This document shows, piece after piece, positions 1 through 8,760 of a stretch of 64,000 bases of DNA. Made by a program: the position numbers and the translations under genes. This stretch comes from an uncultured Candidatus Sumerlaeota bacterium. Its GTDB lineage: Bacteria; Sumerlaeota; Sumerlaeia; MVZB01; JAJFLK01. Location of the stretch: NCBI GenBank assembly GCA_964463045.1, contig CAYXAU010000013.1, positions 2,188 to 66,187 on the forward strand. The letters are read 5' to 3'. The notes under the pieces were generated by a model that was given only the letters and a program-made list of their open reading frames with translations, ran no database searches and was not told the DNA's origin. How positions within the stretch are numbered: position 1 is the stretch's first letter; each line of letters begins with the position of its first letter.

Positions 1-1
1 C

Positions 2-370
2 GCCGAGCAGGCGTTCCCGTCGCCGGTCCTGGAGTTGCCGCTGGCGGCCGACGACGACAATCGCCCGATGCTCCACGCGACGTGGCATCGCCAGCCGATC
101 ATGAACGGCACCAACGGGTTTTTCCCCCCCGGGCATCCGCGGCTGCTGCGCGAGCTGGCGGCCTTCCCCGAAGGGGAGACGATCGAGAGATTGCGGGAGC
201 GGCGGGTCCGCTACGTCGTGATCACGCGGGCGGCGGCCGATGGCGATGGATTCGGCTGGCCGGAGGAGCGCCTGGCCCGGACACGTCAGACGCTGGGAGG
301 TCGGTTGGCGACTCGGGACTTCGGCTCGCGAGTCGTCGTGGACCTGGGCGAGGGCGCGGCGGGACGGTGA
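2..370 (+). CDS. C-terminal fragment of a membrane-associated protein, resembling the tail of YfhO-like/GT-C-associated proteins; runs off the window start
   Basis: Frame is open from position 2 (AEQAFPSPVLELPLAADD...HATWHRQPIMNGTNGFFPP...VRYVVI) to TGA at 370. The VLELP..H..P..NG..GF.P pattern is typical of such tails. Confidence 0.5.
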   Translation, partial: AEQAFPSPVLELPLAADDDNRPMLHATWHRQPIMNGTNGFFPPGHPRLLRELAAFPEGETIERLRERRVRYVVITRAAADGDGFGWPEERLARTRQTLGGRLATRDFGSRVVVDLGEGAAGR

Positions 371-400
371 GATTCGGGAGCCCGCGGCCGATCGGGCGGC

Positions 401-1138
401 CTAGCGAGCCAGGGCGGCGGATCGGACGGGGTTAGATTCGACCCATGCCGCCAGGATGAGCATCAGGTCTTCGGCGGGGACGGTGTAGCCGTATTCGGCG
501 AACAAGCGCGACATTTCGCGGGCTTCGGCCGGCGTGAGAGGCCCGATCCGAATTGGCGGCGCCGAGGCCGCCCGGGCGACGCTGGTCGCCGCCGGAGGCT
601 GCGCCTGCGGCGGCGAAACCTCGGGGCCTTCGAGAACGGACAAGGACTCAACGCCGAGAATCAACGCCGCCAGCTCGGCGTCGTACGGCGGCGCGACGGC
701 GGGCGTTGAATCCGCCGGCGCCGGTAGGGTCTCGACGCCGAGGATCAGGGCCGCCAACTCGGCGTCGAAGCCCGCCGTGGCCGCGAGCGCCGGTCCGGTG
801 GAGGTCGGTAGCGTCTCAACGCCGAGGATCAAGGCCCATAGCTCCGGATCGTCGGCGGGGGCGACGGCGGCGACCTCCGGCGCGGGCATGGCCGGGAGCT
901 TGTCGACGCCGAGGATGAGCGCCAACAGCTCTTCATCGACCGAGGAGACGGGAGCCGAAGCGAGGGTCAAGCCTTCGAGCGAGGGGACGCCGAGAATGAG
1001 GGCCAGGAGTTCGGCGTCGAACGGCGCGGCGGCCGGAGCCGAATCCTCGCCGATCGCCCGCAGGGCCGGCAGCGCCGCCAGCGCGACGATCGCCGTCAGT
1101 TTCATGAGCGGGGCCGAGAGCCGGAGGGGGAGCAGCAT
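401..1138 (-). CDS. Secreted repeat protein, 245 aa: signal peptide, five DAELxALILGV repeats in Pro/Ala linkers, small C-terminal helical domain
   Basis: 3' part of ORF 401..1564. AAGGAGG (1149-1155) lies 10 nt upstream of the ATG at 1138, followed by a hydrophobic N-terminus MLLPLRLSAPLMKLTAIVALAALPALRA. Confidence 0.75.
   Translation of the reverse strand: MLLPLRLSAPLMKLTAIVALAALPALRAIGEDSAPAAAPFDAELLALILGVPSLEGLTLASAPVSSVDEELLALILGVDKLPAMPAPEVAAVAPADDPELWALILGVETLPTSTGPALAATAGFDAELAALILGVETLPAPADSTPAVAPPYDAELAALILGVESLSVLEGPEVSPPQAQPPAATSVARAASAPPIRIGPLTPAEAREMSRLFAEYGYTVPAEDLMLILAAWVESNPVRSAALAR
650..1018 (-). repeat. Five in-frame 33-nt coding repeats (DAELAALILGV, DAELAALILGV, DPELWALILGV, DEELLALILGV, DAELLALILGV)
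   Basis: Copies at 650-682, 734-766, 818-850, 905-937 and 986-1018; spacing 84, 84, 87 and 81 nt. Confidence 0.9.
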
Positions 1139-1512
1139 GAGTCGGGGGCCTCCTTGATGGAGTCTGCGAGGACGGTGAGAGGTGATCGACGTTCCGAGCG
1201 GCGATGCCGTCACGTCCGCGGGGCGGTCAAGACGCTGAGTGGCATGAGGCAGGTCGGCCCGTGGCGAGCGATGAACGCGGTCGCGCGTCCACGCCCCCGC
1301 GGCCCATGAGCCATCCGAAGCTTGAAGGCTGAGCGAGCCCAGGCGGGAGGGACTCATCGCGTCAATGACCTGCGTCATTTGGCCCCGGCACGGGCCGTTC
1401 AGAACGTGAGTTCTCTCGAACTCAAGGCGATGATAACGCCGAGCCTTGAGCGCGCGCAAGCCCAATCTGGACGCCGCTTCCGGTCGGGGGGATGGGCCCT
1501 CACGGGGGAGGA

Positions 1513-1541
1513 TTGCATTTGGCCAGGGGGTGCGTGATAAC
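1513..1541 (+). promoter_or_regulatory. Possible sigma70 promoter, perhaps giving a leaderless transcript of the GT-C gene
   Basis: TTGCAT-N17-GATAAC, with the ATG at 1548 starting 7 nt after the -10 box. Confidence 0.3.
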
Positions 1542-1547
1542 GGCCCG

Positions 1548-3131
1548 ATGACGCCGGGCCCCACGGAGAACGAAGCCGGGGCGCGATGGCGCCGCGGACC
1601 GGCCCTGACGCTCGGGGGCGTCGGCGCGCTCTACGCGCTCTTCGTCGCGGCGCAGTGGTCGGCGGCCTACCTCGACTTTGGCGATGGGAATTATCTCTAC
1701 ATCGCCACGCGGATGGCCGAGGGGGTCGTCGTTTACCGGGACATCCTGGCGCCTCAGCCGCCGGCGCACCTTTACGTGGGGATGGCCCTCGTGAGGCTGG
1801 CGCGATGGCTTGAGTGGGATTCACCGCTCTTTCTTGTTCGCGGCTTCAGTCTTGTGTTGCGGCTGGCGACGGCGCTCACGGTGGCCGACCTGGGCCTGAG
1901 GGCGTGGGGCCGCTCCTGGACGGGCGCGCTCGCCGGGGGGCTCTATCTCGTCTTGCCGATCGGGCACTGGTGGTCGATGGGGTTCCAATCGGAGCCGCTT
2001 GAGGTTTTCTTTCTGGTCGCGATGGCGCGGGTGGCGCTGGCGGGTTCGCGCGCCCGCGACGTGCTCGTCGGCCTCCTGGGGGCGTTGGCCGCCCTCACCA
2101 ACGTCACGGCGGTGCCGTTTCTCCTCGCGCTGATCCTCTTCATGGGAACGCGGGACCGGCGGCGCGCCGGGCGGATCGCGCTCTCGGCGCTGGGGCTGGC
2201 CGCGGGCGTCTGGGCATGGTTTGAAATCCGCACGGGCCGGTTCTTCGACAACGTCGTTCTTAATCAGGCGGGCGCGTTCGGATCGCCGCAATACACGCTC
2301 GGCAAGCTCATCGCCGAGGGCGGGGATATTTTATGGCTGGAGGGGGGGGTGATCGTCCTGGCGACGCTGGGGCTCACGCGGTTCCTGCGGGAAAGTCCGC
2401 TCGCGGCTGACGCGCGCGACGGGTTGGCCCTTTTCTTTTTGGTAACACTGTTTTCGTTTGTTTACGTCGCCAAAAGTGGCACCGTCGATTACATCTACTG
2501 CCTCGCTGAGCCGGCGTTGGCCGTCCTGGGCGCCGGCGAACTTGTCGCCTTGGGCGGCCGGGCGGCCGCCGCGCGCCGGCGAGGGGGCGCGGCCGTCGCC
2601 GTCGCCGTCGGGGGGGCGGTTCTGCTCGGTCTGGTCGTTCTTGGACCCGCCGCCCTTCACTATCGGCGGCTCTGGACGCAGGCGGCCTACGAGTTACCCG
2701 ATCTCGCCCACGCGGGAAGCGACGAGGCGGGCCGGTCGCGTCCCAACGTCGAACAGGTCCGCCGCTGGATCGAGCGCCGGAGCGCCCCCGGTGATGTGAT
2801 CCTCGCTCCCCCTTTCTATGCCTTCCTCACGGGGAGAAAAATCTGGGGGGAATACAGCGAAATATTTCTCTGGACGGTGAAGAACAATCGGGACCGGGCG
2901 GCGGGCAATCCCGAAGGCGAAGGCTGGCGTAAGGCGCGCGAGCTGGCCGAGGCGATCGACCGCCGCGAGCTGCCGATTGTCATCGTCGAGCTCGATCAGA
3001 CGGGCCGATTCGCCCCGGAGGCCATGCAGGCGCTCGAAAGACATTATGAACCCTTCTATGACCCCCTCCCGGCGGAACCCTATCGCACGCTCAATACCCG
3101 GCTGGGTGTCTACGTTCCACGAGAACCGTGA
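1548..3131 (+). CDS. GT-C fold membrane glycosyltransferase (ArnT/PMT family 39/83-like)
   Basis: Many TM helices; YLDFGDGNYLY..VYRDIL.PQPP loop; QSEPL motif; soluble C-terminal domain. Start chosen at ATG 1548 (ORF track starts at 1446). Confidence 0.75.
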   Translation: MTPGPTENEAGARWRRGPALTLGGVGALYALFVAAQWSAAYLDFGDGNYLYIATRMAEGVVVYRDILAPQPPAHLYVGMALVRLARWLEWDSPLFLVRGFSLVLRLATALTVADLGLRAWGRSWTGALAGGLYLVLPIGHWWSMGFQSEPLEVFFLVAMARVALAGSRARDVLVGLLGALAALTNVTAVPFLLALILFMGTRDRRRAGRIALSALGLAAGVWAWFEIRTGRFFDNVVLNQAGAFGSPQYTLGKLIAEGGDILWLEGGVIVLATLGLTRFLRESPLAADARDGLALFFLVTLFSFVYVAKSGTVDYIYCLAEPALAVLGAGELVALGGRAAAARRRGGAAVAVAVGGAVLLGLVVLGPAALHYRRLWTQAAYELPDLAHAGSDEAGRSRPNVEQVRRWIERRSAPGDVILAPPFYAFLTGRKIWGEYSEIFLWTVKNNRDRAAGNPEGEGWRKARELAEAIDRRELPIVIVELDQTGRFAPEAMQALERHYEPFYDPLPAEPYRTLNTRLGVYVPREP

Positions 3132-3230
3132 CCGGAGCGTGTGTTACAATTTAATGTGTGCTAACCTTTGAACTTGGGCTAGGAAGCCGTCGTCGGGGGG
3201 ATATTCGCGCCGTTTCGGAGGAATCATTGT

Positions 3231-3249
3231 CAAACCCCTTCGGAGTTCG
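3231..3249. repeat. REP-like hairpin (family B), between convergent genes
   Basis: CAAACCCCTTCGGAGTTCG; its reverse complement CGAACTCCGAAGGGGTTTG matches the hairpins at 51513 and 51601. Confidence 0.55.
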
Positions 3250-3363
3250 AGGGAGCTCCAACTCTCACGGTAAGAGGAGGACCGGGTCAAGGGGGCCGCG
3301 CAACGGGGGGATCCGACGGGACCGACGGCAATGGGGCATCGCGCGCAAAGGTCCGCCGGGACG

Positions 3364-4671
3364 CTATTTCGGCTCAAGCGAGAGAATGAACTGTAGCAGT
3401 CGTCCGCGATTGGCCGAGAGCGTCCGGTCCGGCCCTGTGGCTTTGATGAAGACGTTGCCGCGGGGAGTCTCGACGATGGCCGCGAGCATCCGCCAGCCGG
3501 GCCGTCGCGGCGTCGAGCCGCCGCCCGGCATCGCGCTGGGTTCTATCGTCCCGGCCAGATCGACGAACGTTACCGGCAGATCGCCGGCGCGCAAGGTCTC
3601 GGTCACGGCGGCCTCGCGTGAGGGGCGCCCGTCGGGTTGGCTGAACTGTGCGTACCACCGTTCGAGATTGGCCTCTACCTCGCCCCCCTGGCCTGGGCCG
3701 AAGTAGAAAACAACCAGCTCGGCGTCTTCGGGGTCGCCTTCGGCGCGCGGCAGGCGGATCTGGGCCTTTCGCATGGTTGAAGCGGGCGGCTCGACGATCC
3801 AGCCGGGCGGCGCGACACCGACCACGACGTCCATATCCAGCGGCTGGGGCTGGTCCCCGGGCGGCGGCGCGGCGGGCCGGGCGGAGTAACCGGCGCGCGG
3901 CGCGCTGGCGGGAGCGGCGGCGACGGCGGCTTCCTCGCCCGGCCCGCCCAGGCTCTCGATAAAGGCCCGCAGCGCCTGGCGATGGGCCGCGAGCGTCCGC
4001 TCGGGACCGATGGCCTTAAAGAAGACCAGCCCGCGCGAGCTGTCGACGATCGCGCCGGCGAGGGCCCAGTTCGGCTGCGGGGGCTGGCGCGGTCCGCCCG
4101 GCATCGAGACGTCGACGGCGCCGGTGGCCTCGACCCACGTCGCCGTAAGCCCGCCGCTGGTTCGCACCGTTTCGACGCGGGCGGTCTCGCGCGTGGGGCG
4201 TCCGTCGGGTTGGGTAACCTGGCCGAACCAGCGTTCCAAGTTGTCCTCGACCGAGCCGGCGGCCTGAATGACCGTCAACACACCGTCGGCGGCGTCCCCG
4301 GGCGCGCGGGGGAGCCGCATCTGTGCCCGGCGCATGGGGGAATCCGGCTGCTCCACAACCCAGTCATCGGGGACGTCCCCTTTGAGGAAGCCGAGGTCGA
4401 AGCCGCCGGCGTGGGCTTCGGGGAATCCGGCGCTGGGGATCGGGGGATGATCGGGGGGGAGTTCGCCGGACCGACGCGGCTGGCGGAGACCTTCGGCGAT
4501 ATCGCGGGCTTCCTGCTCGCTGAGGACTTGGCGGACGGCCTCAAGGTCCTCCGGCGTGACGGCCAAAGCCGGGTCGTCGGGGCCGGTCGTGTACTTGCCG
4601 GTCTCCTGCGGACCGCACGCCAGGATCACGCACGCCCACCCCGCCAGAAGGCATAAGCGCAGGCGCGCCAT
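3364..4671 (-). CDS. Lipoprotein with two tandem homologous domains (P..W...P.S.MR.AQ...N.ERW..Q..QPDGRP) and an LPPDHPPI motif
   Basis: Lipobox VILAC after the ATG at 4671; clear internal duplication of about 150 aa. Confidence 0.75.
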   Translation of the reverse strand: MARLRLCLLAGWACVILACGPQETGKYTTGPDDPALAVTPEDLEAVRQVLSEQEARDIAEGLRQPRRSGELPPDHPPIPSAGFPEAHAGGFDLGFLKGDVPDDWVVEQPDSPMRRAQMRLPRAPGDAADGVLTVIQAAGSVEDNLERWFGQVTQPDGRPTRETARVETVRTSGGLTATWVEATGAVDVSMPGGPRQPPQPNWALAGAIVDSSRGLVFFKAIGPERTLAAHRQALRAFIESLGGPGEEAAVAAAPASAPRAGYSARPAAPPPGDQPQPLDMDVVVGVAPPGWIVEPPASTMRKAQIRLPRAEGDPEDAELVVFYFGPGQGGEVEANLERWYAQFSQPDGRPSREAAVTETLRAGDLPVTFVDLAGTIEPSAMPGGGSTPRRPGWRMLAAIVETPRGNVFIKATGPDRTLSANRGRLLQFILSLEPK

Positions 4672-4769
4672 GATCGCAGGCCCCGCCGTTCTCCATACCT
4701 GACGTTCCAACCAACGCCGTCCTTCTGGCGAATGCGGAGGAAGCGGAGTCACCCGACGCACCCGGCTCT

Positions 4770-5039
4770 TTAAGAACCCGAACCCGGAGGCGGGGGAAGC
4801 TTCTCGATGGGCAACTCAATCATTACAGGATGATACAAAAGGTGAATAGAAATCCCGAATTTGCGGGCGAAATAGTGGACCATTCGACGTGAAATCTCCG
4901 CCCCAAGAACGTGAGCCTCCTGAATTTCCCCCCTTGCTAGGATGTACATTCGTTCGCCGGAACCCATGGAAACTGACACGCCGGGCGCCCGAAGGACCGC
5001 GATCGCGCTCGTCGTCGGGACTGCCCCCGAGCCGGGCAT
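4770..5039 (-). CDS. Small hypothetical protein (89 aa) with predicted HicA-like alpha-beta-beta-beta-alpha pattern
   Basis: Protein-like composition in a low-GC stretch; ATG 3 nt after the upstream stop (TGA-TTT-ATG). Confidence 0.6.
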   Translation of the reverse strand: MPGSGAVPTTSAIAVLRAPGVSVSMGSGERMYILARGEIQEAHVLGAEISRRMVHYFARKFGISIHLLYHPVMIELPIEKLPPPPGSGS

Positions 5040-5042
5040 AAA

Positions 5043-5219
5043 TCAAGCGGCCCTCAGCTCGACGTAGTCGATCCCCTCGAACGGGAGCGCCGCCTTGACG
5101 GCATGACCGGTGATTTGAGAGTACCGGCGGCGGATGCCCGTTGCCCGAAGCCAAAAATCCCTCCAAACCTCCAGCGGGGCGACAACGAGTAGCCTTCGAA
5201 TGTCGCCGTGATGTCCCAC
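5043..5219 (-). CDS. Small hypothetical protein (about 58 aa), coupled to the downstream ORF
   Basis: GHHGDIRRLLVVAPLEVWRDFWLRATGIRRRYSQITGHAVKAALPFEGIDYVELRAA; start uncertain (GTG 5219 or 5291). Confidence 0.45.
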   Translation of the reverse strand: MGHHGDIRRLLVVAPLEVWRDFWLRATGIRRRYSQITGHAVKAALPFEGIDYVELRAA

Positions 5220-5376
5220 GCCCGGACGCCCCCCGCGCGTCCATCTCTCTCTACCGCCCCCCCCTCTCCAACCATTTAACGTACCGCGCACGCCGACAAA
5301 AGATCAAGCAAATTAAGTCGCCGCTGCGCGAATTTGGATCGGCTCTTTTCCCGAAGCGGCTTGACGCAGCGGCCTT

Positions 5377-5405
5377 TTGACACGATGGAACGGGCGGAGA
5401 ATAAT
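5377..5405 (+). promoter_or_regulatory. sigma70 promoter of ychF-like/hisC
   Basis: TTGACA-N17-AATAAT. Confidence 0.7.
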
Positions 5406-5493
5406 CGCGGCGGGCGGGGAACGGAAGGCCGGGAGTCTCGCCCCGCGGGGTCATCGCCCCCGAGCCGTTTCTCGATTCGACGAGGGCTCATTG

Positions 5494-6579
5494 ATGGAAG
5501 TCGGCCTGCTCGGCCTCCCCCGCAGCGGCAAGACGACGCTCTTTGAGGCGCTGACGGGGGCGGGGGCGCCGCACGGCTCCGGCGCCGCCGGCGATCGCCG
5601 TCTGGCGGTCGTCAAAGCCGGAGACCCTCGGCTGGAACGGCTGGCGCTCCTTTATCAGCCGAAGAAAGTCGTCCCGGCGGCCCTGACGTTCGTCGACGTG
5701 GCGGGCGCGGCGACGCTCGGCGCCCCCGCCTCGCAGGCTCTCGCTGAGAAAGTTCTCCTGGCCCTGGGCGAGGCCGACGCGTTGACGCTCGTGATTCGAG
5801 CGTTTCCTGAAGAGGGCCGCGCGCCCGAGGCCGAAGCCGACCTGGCGACGCTTCGCCAGGAACTGATCCTCGCCGACCTCGTTCGCGTGACGACGCGGCT
5901 GGATCGCATCGAGAAATCCATCCACAGACAGGGGGGGGAGGATCGCCAACGGTTGGAGCGGGAACGTCAAACGTTGGAGCGTTGCCGGAGGCGATTGGAA
6001 GGGGGGGGGCCCCTGCGAGGGCTGGGTTTTGATCCCGTCGAGCTCAAGCTGCTCGGGGCCTTTCAAATGATGTCACTTAAACCGGCCGTGATCGTCGCCA
6101 ACGTCGCCGAAGGGGAAATCGCCGAGGCTGAGCGTTGGGAGGATCATCTGGCGCACGCGGCGGCTCCGACCGGCGAGCCGGTGCTGGCCGTCTGCGCGCA
6201 AGTGGAAAAGGAGATCGCCGCGCTGGCCGATCCGGCCGAGCGGCGGGCCTTTCTGAGTTCCTACGGCCTCGCCGAGCCCGTCGTCGACCGGCTGATCCGC
6301 GCCGTTTATCGCGCGGCGGGGCTGATCACTTTTTTCACCGCCAACGCCAGGGAAGCTCACGCCTGGACGACGCCGGCGGGCACGCCGGTCGCCGCGGCCG
6401 CCGGAAGGATTCACACCGACATGGAGCGGGGGTTTATCCGCGCGGAAGTTATCGGGTGGGAAGAATTGGCGCGGGCGGGCTCGATGACCCAGGCCCGGCG
6501 TGAAGGTCGAGCGCGAACCGAGGGCCGCGACTACGTCGTTCAGGACGGGGACGTGATCGAGATTCGTTTCTCGGTATGA
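5494..6579 (+). CDS. ychF: YchF/Obg-like P-loop NTPase (DUF933 and TGS domain)
   Basis: GLLGLPRSGKTTLF, FVDVAG, LITFFT, AAGRIHTDMERGFIRAEV, EGRDYVVQDGDVI. P-loop is not the classic NVGKS, so possibly a paralog. Confidence 0.85.
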   Translation: MEVGLLGLPRSGKTTLFEALTGAGAPHGSGAAGDRRLAVVKAGDPRLERLALLYQPKKVVPAALTFVDVAGAATLGAPASQALAEKVLLALGEADALTLVIRAFPEEGRAPEAEADLATLRQELILADLVRVTTRLDRIEKSIHRQGGEDRQRLERERQTLERCRRRLEGGGPLRGLGFDPVELKLLGAFQMMSLKPAVIVANVAEGEIAEAERWEDHLAHAAAPTGEPVLAVCAQVEKEIAALADPAERRAFLSSYGLAEPVVDRLIRAVYRAAGLITFFTANAREAHAWTTPAGTPVAAAAGRIHTDMERGFIRAEVIGWEELARAGSMTQARREGRARTEGRDYVVQDGDVIEIRFSV

Positions 6580-6618
6580 CGGCCCCAGCCGGATGTTGCC
6601 ATCCAGGGAGACGAATTA

Positions 6619-7764
6619 ATGAACCAGACCATCCGCCGAGCGCGCGCGTCGGCGCCGCCGCCCCTTAGACCGCATCTGAAATCCCTGGCCCCGTATCTGC
6701 CGGGGAAGCCGATCGAGGAAGTCGAGCGCGAACTGGGGCTCGCCGGTGTCATCAAGCTCGCCAGCAACGAAAACCCGCTCGGGCCCTCGCCCAAGGCCGT
6801 GCGCGCCATGGCCGACGTTCTCAGCGAGATGAATCTCTACCCCGACGGCGGCGGTTACAATCTCAAGCGGGAACTGGCCCGACGGCTCAACGTCCGGCCC
6901 GAAGAGATCATCCTCGGCAATGGTTCCGATGAAGTAACACTCTTTCTCGCGCTCTGTTATCTCGGGCCGGGCCGTTCGATGGTGACCTCTCAGTATGCAT
7001 TCCTCCGCTACGAAATGGCGGGCCGATTGGCCGAAGCCGAGACGAGGCTCGTCCCGATGAAGGACCTGCGGCATGACACGCGCGCGCTGGCCGCCGCCGT
7101 CGACGCCTCGACGACGCTGCTCTTCATCGATAACCCTTGCAATCCGACCGGGACGATCCTCCGGCGGAGCGAACTCGCCCGGCTCGCGCGCGATCTGCCG
7201 TCGAGCCTGCTGATTGTTCTCGACGAGGCCTATCACGAGTTCGCCGCGAACGACCCCGACTATCCCGACGGGCTCGCGCTGCGCCGTCGTCATCCCAACC
7301 TGATCGTGACCCGGACGTTTTCAAAGGCGTATGGCCTGGCCGGGCTGCGGATCGGTTACGGCGTGGCCGATCCGACGGTGGTGGCCGATCTCGAGCGGGT
7401 GCGCCCCCCGTTCAATGTAAATCGGATAGCCCAGGCGGCGGCGCTGGCCGCGCTCGGGGATCGCGCCCATCTGCGGCGAAGCGTCCTCAATAATGAACGC
7501 GGCAAGCGTTATTTAGGCGTCGCCTTCGGTCGCCTGGGGCTCGCGTTCACTCCGACGCACGCCAATTTCTTCCTCGTGGATTTCGGCTCCCGAGGCCTCT
7601 CGGGCGCGACGGTCTATGAACGCCTGCTTCGGCGGGGCGTCGTCGTCCGGCCCATGGGGGGATATGGTCTTAAGAGCCACGTGAGGGTCTCGATCGGCGC
7701 GCCGGAGGAGAATCGGCGCCTCGTTGCGGAGCTCAAGGCCTTGCTCGGAAGCTCATCGTTGTGA
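6619..7764 (+). CDS. hisC: Histidinol-phosphate aminotransferase
   Basis: IKLASNENP, GNGSDE, NPCNPTG, VLDEAY, RTFSKAYGLAGLRIGY. Confidence 0.92.
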   Translation: MNQTIRRARASAPPPLRPHLKSLAPYLPGKPIEEVERELGLAGVIKLASNENPLGPSPKAVRAMADVLSEMNLYPDGGGYNLKRELARRLNVRPEEIILGNGSDEVTLFLALCYLGPGRSMVTSQYAFLRYEMAGRLAEAETRLVPMKDLRHDTRALAAAVDASTTLLFIDNPCNPTGTILRRSELARLARDLPSSLLIVLDEAYHEFAANDPDYPDGLALRRRHPNLIVTRTFSKAYGLAGLRIGYGVADPTVVADLERVRPPFNVNRIAQAAALAALGDRAHLRRSVLNNERGKRYLGVAFGRLGLAFTPTHANFFLVDFGSRGLSGATVYERLLRRGVVVRPMGGYGLKSHVRVSIGAPEENRRLVAELKALLGSSSL

Positions 7765-8760
7765 CTCCCCCGCCGCCCCGGGACGTTCATCGGCCGCGGC
7801 CGAGCGCGTCAGGGTCAGGTAATAATGGAGGAAGGGGAGACCTCCGATCGCCGGGACGATGTAACGAAGGCTCACGTAAAATCCGACCCCCGCCATGACC
7901 TCGGCCGGTTGATAAGGGGTAAAGAGAAAGATAAGTGCGGCGTCGCGCGTCCCGACGCCGAACAGGGATATCGGGATGAGCCCGACGAAGATGGCCAGCG
8001 GGGTGAGACTGGCGAACGCGAGCCACGGCGTCTCGGCGTTCAGGCTCCCGAAGAAACAGCGGATTTGTAACAGGTGCAAGCCCCAGAGAATAATCGAAAG
8101 TGTAACAAGGCTCCCCCGGCGCGCCTCGGCTCGCTGAAGGGTCTGCATCACCTCCCGCCCCGAGGCGAGCAGGCGAGCGAGCCGATGAGGGCCGCCCGAC
8201 GGCGCCGCCGCGCCACGGCGCAAGCTTGAAAGGCGCCCCGGCGGCAGGAAGTAAAGCACGGCCACGAGAGCGATCACGGCCAGGCCGATGGTCGCCGTCA
8301 GGAGGGCGAGCGCGGCGAGGCGGGGAGCGTCGGGCCGCCCCGGCGCGAACTTGAAAAGGCCGGCGGCGCCCAGAACCGCCCAGAGACACAGCGCCGCCAG
8401 GTCGAGCGCCTTTTCGAAGATGACAAGGCTGCCGGCGCGGCTCAAATCCAGCGCCCCGGAGCGGGCCAGGAAGACCGCCTTCGTCAGGTCCCCCATTTTC
8501 GAGGGGAGGATGATATTCAGCGATTGACTGCCGAGGATCATGCCGACGGCGTCCCGCCAGCCGATCGTGATAAACCGCCCGGCCATCATTTTCCAGCGCA
8601 GCGCGGAGATGAAATTCTGAGGTACAAACAAAACCAGCGCCCAGGCGAAGGGGGCCGGGCGCGTGGCTTTCAGGTTGGCCCAGAGGGCGGCTCGATCCAC
8701 GCGCGCCAGAATGACGCCCAACACGGCCACCGTGACGGCCAGGGGGAGCAGCCGTCTCAT
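7753..8760 (-). CDS. Lysylphosphatidylglycerol synthase TM-domain / flippase-like membrane protein
   Basis: ALRWK, LNIILPSKMGDLTKA, FEKALD, PISLFGVGTRDAAL. Confidence 0.8.
   Translation of the reverse strand: MRRLLPLAVTVAVLGVILARVDRAALWANLKATRPAPFAWALVLFVPQNFISALRWKMMAGRFITIGWRDAVGMILGSQSLNIILPSKMGDLTKAVFLARSGALDLSRAGSLVIFEKALDLAALCLWAVLGAAGLFKFAPGRPDAPRLAALALLTATIGLAVIALVAVLYFLPPGRLSSLRRGAAAPSGGPHRLARLLASGREVMQTLQRAEARRGSLVTLSIILWGLHLLQIRCFFGSLNAETPWLAFASLTPLAIFVGLIPISLFGVGTRDAALIFLFTPYQPAEVMAGVGFYVSLRYIVPAIGGLPFLHYYLTLTRSAAADERPGAAGESQR

Noticed and set aside
1407-1424. GTTC-N4-GAAC core as a Verrucomicrobia-type LexA box
   Set aside because: Flanking bases differ from TGTTC-N4-GAACA, and no such site occurs upstream of lexA or uvrA in this window; kept only as an unassigned palindrome.
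3144-3227. 27-aa ORF MIPPKRREYPPDDGFLAQVQRLAHIKL next to the family B hairpin
   Set aside because: Too short, no RBS, no recognisable homology; may simply be repeat-associated low-GC DNA.
6000-6009. Poly-G tracts (for example 6001-6009, ~2341-2349, ~25009-25017) as phase-variation sites
   Set aside because: The coding ones are in frame within intact genes and such runs are common at this GC content; no associated frameshift.
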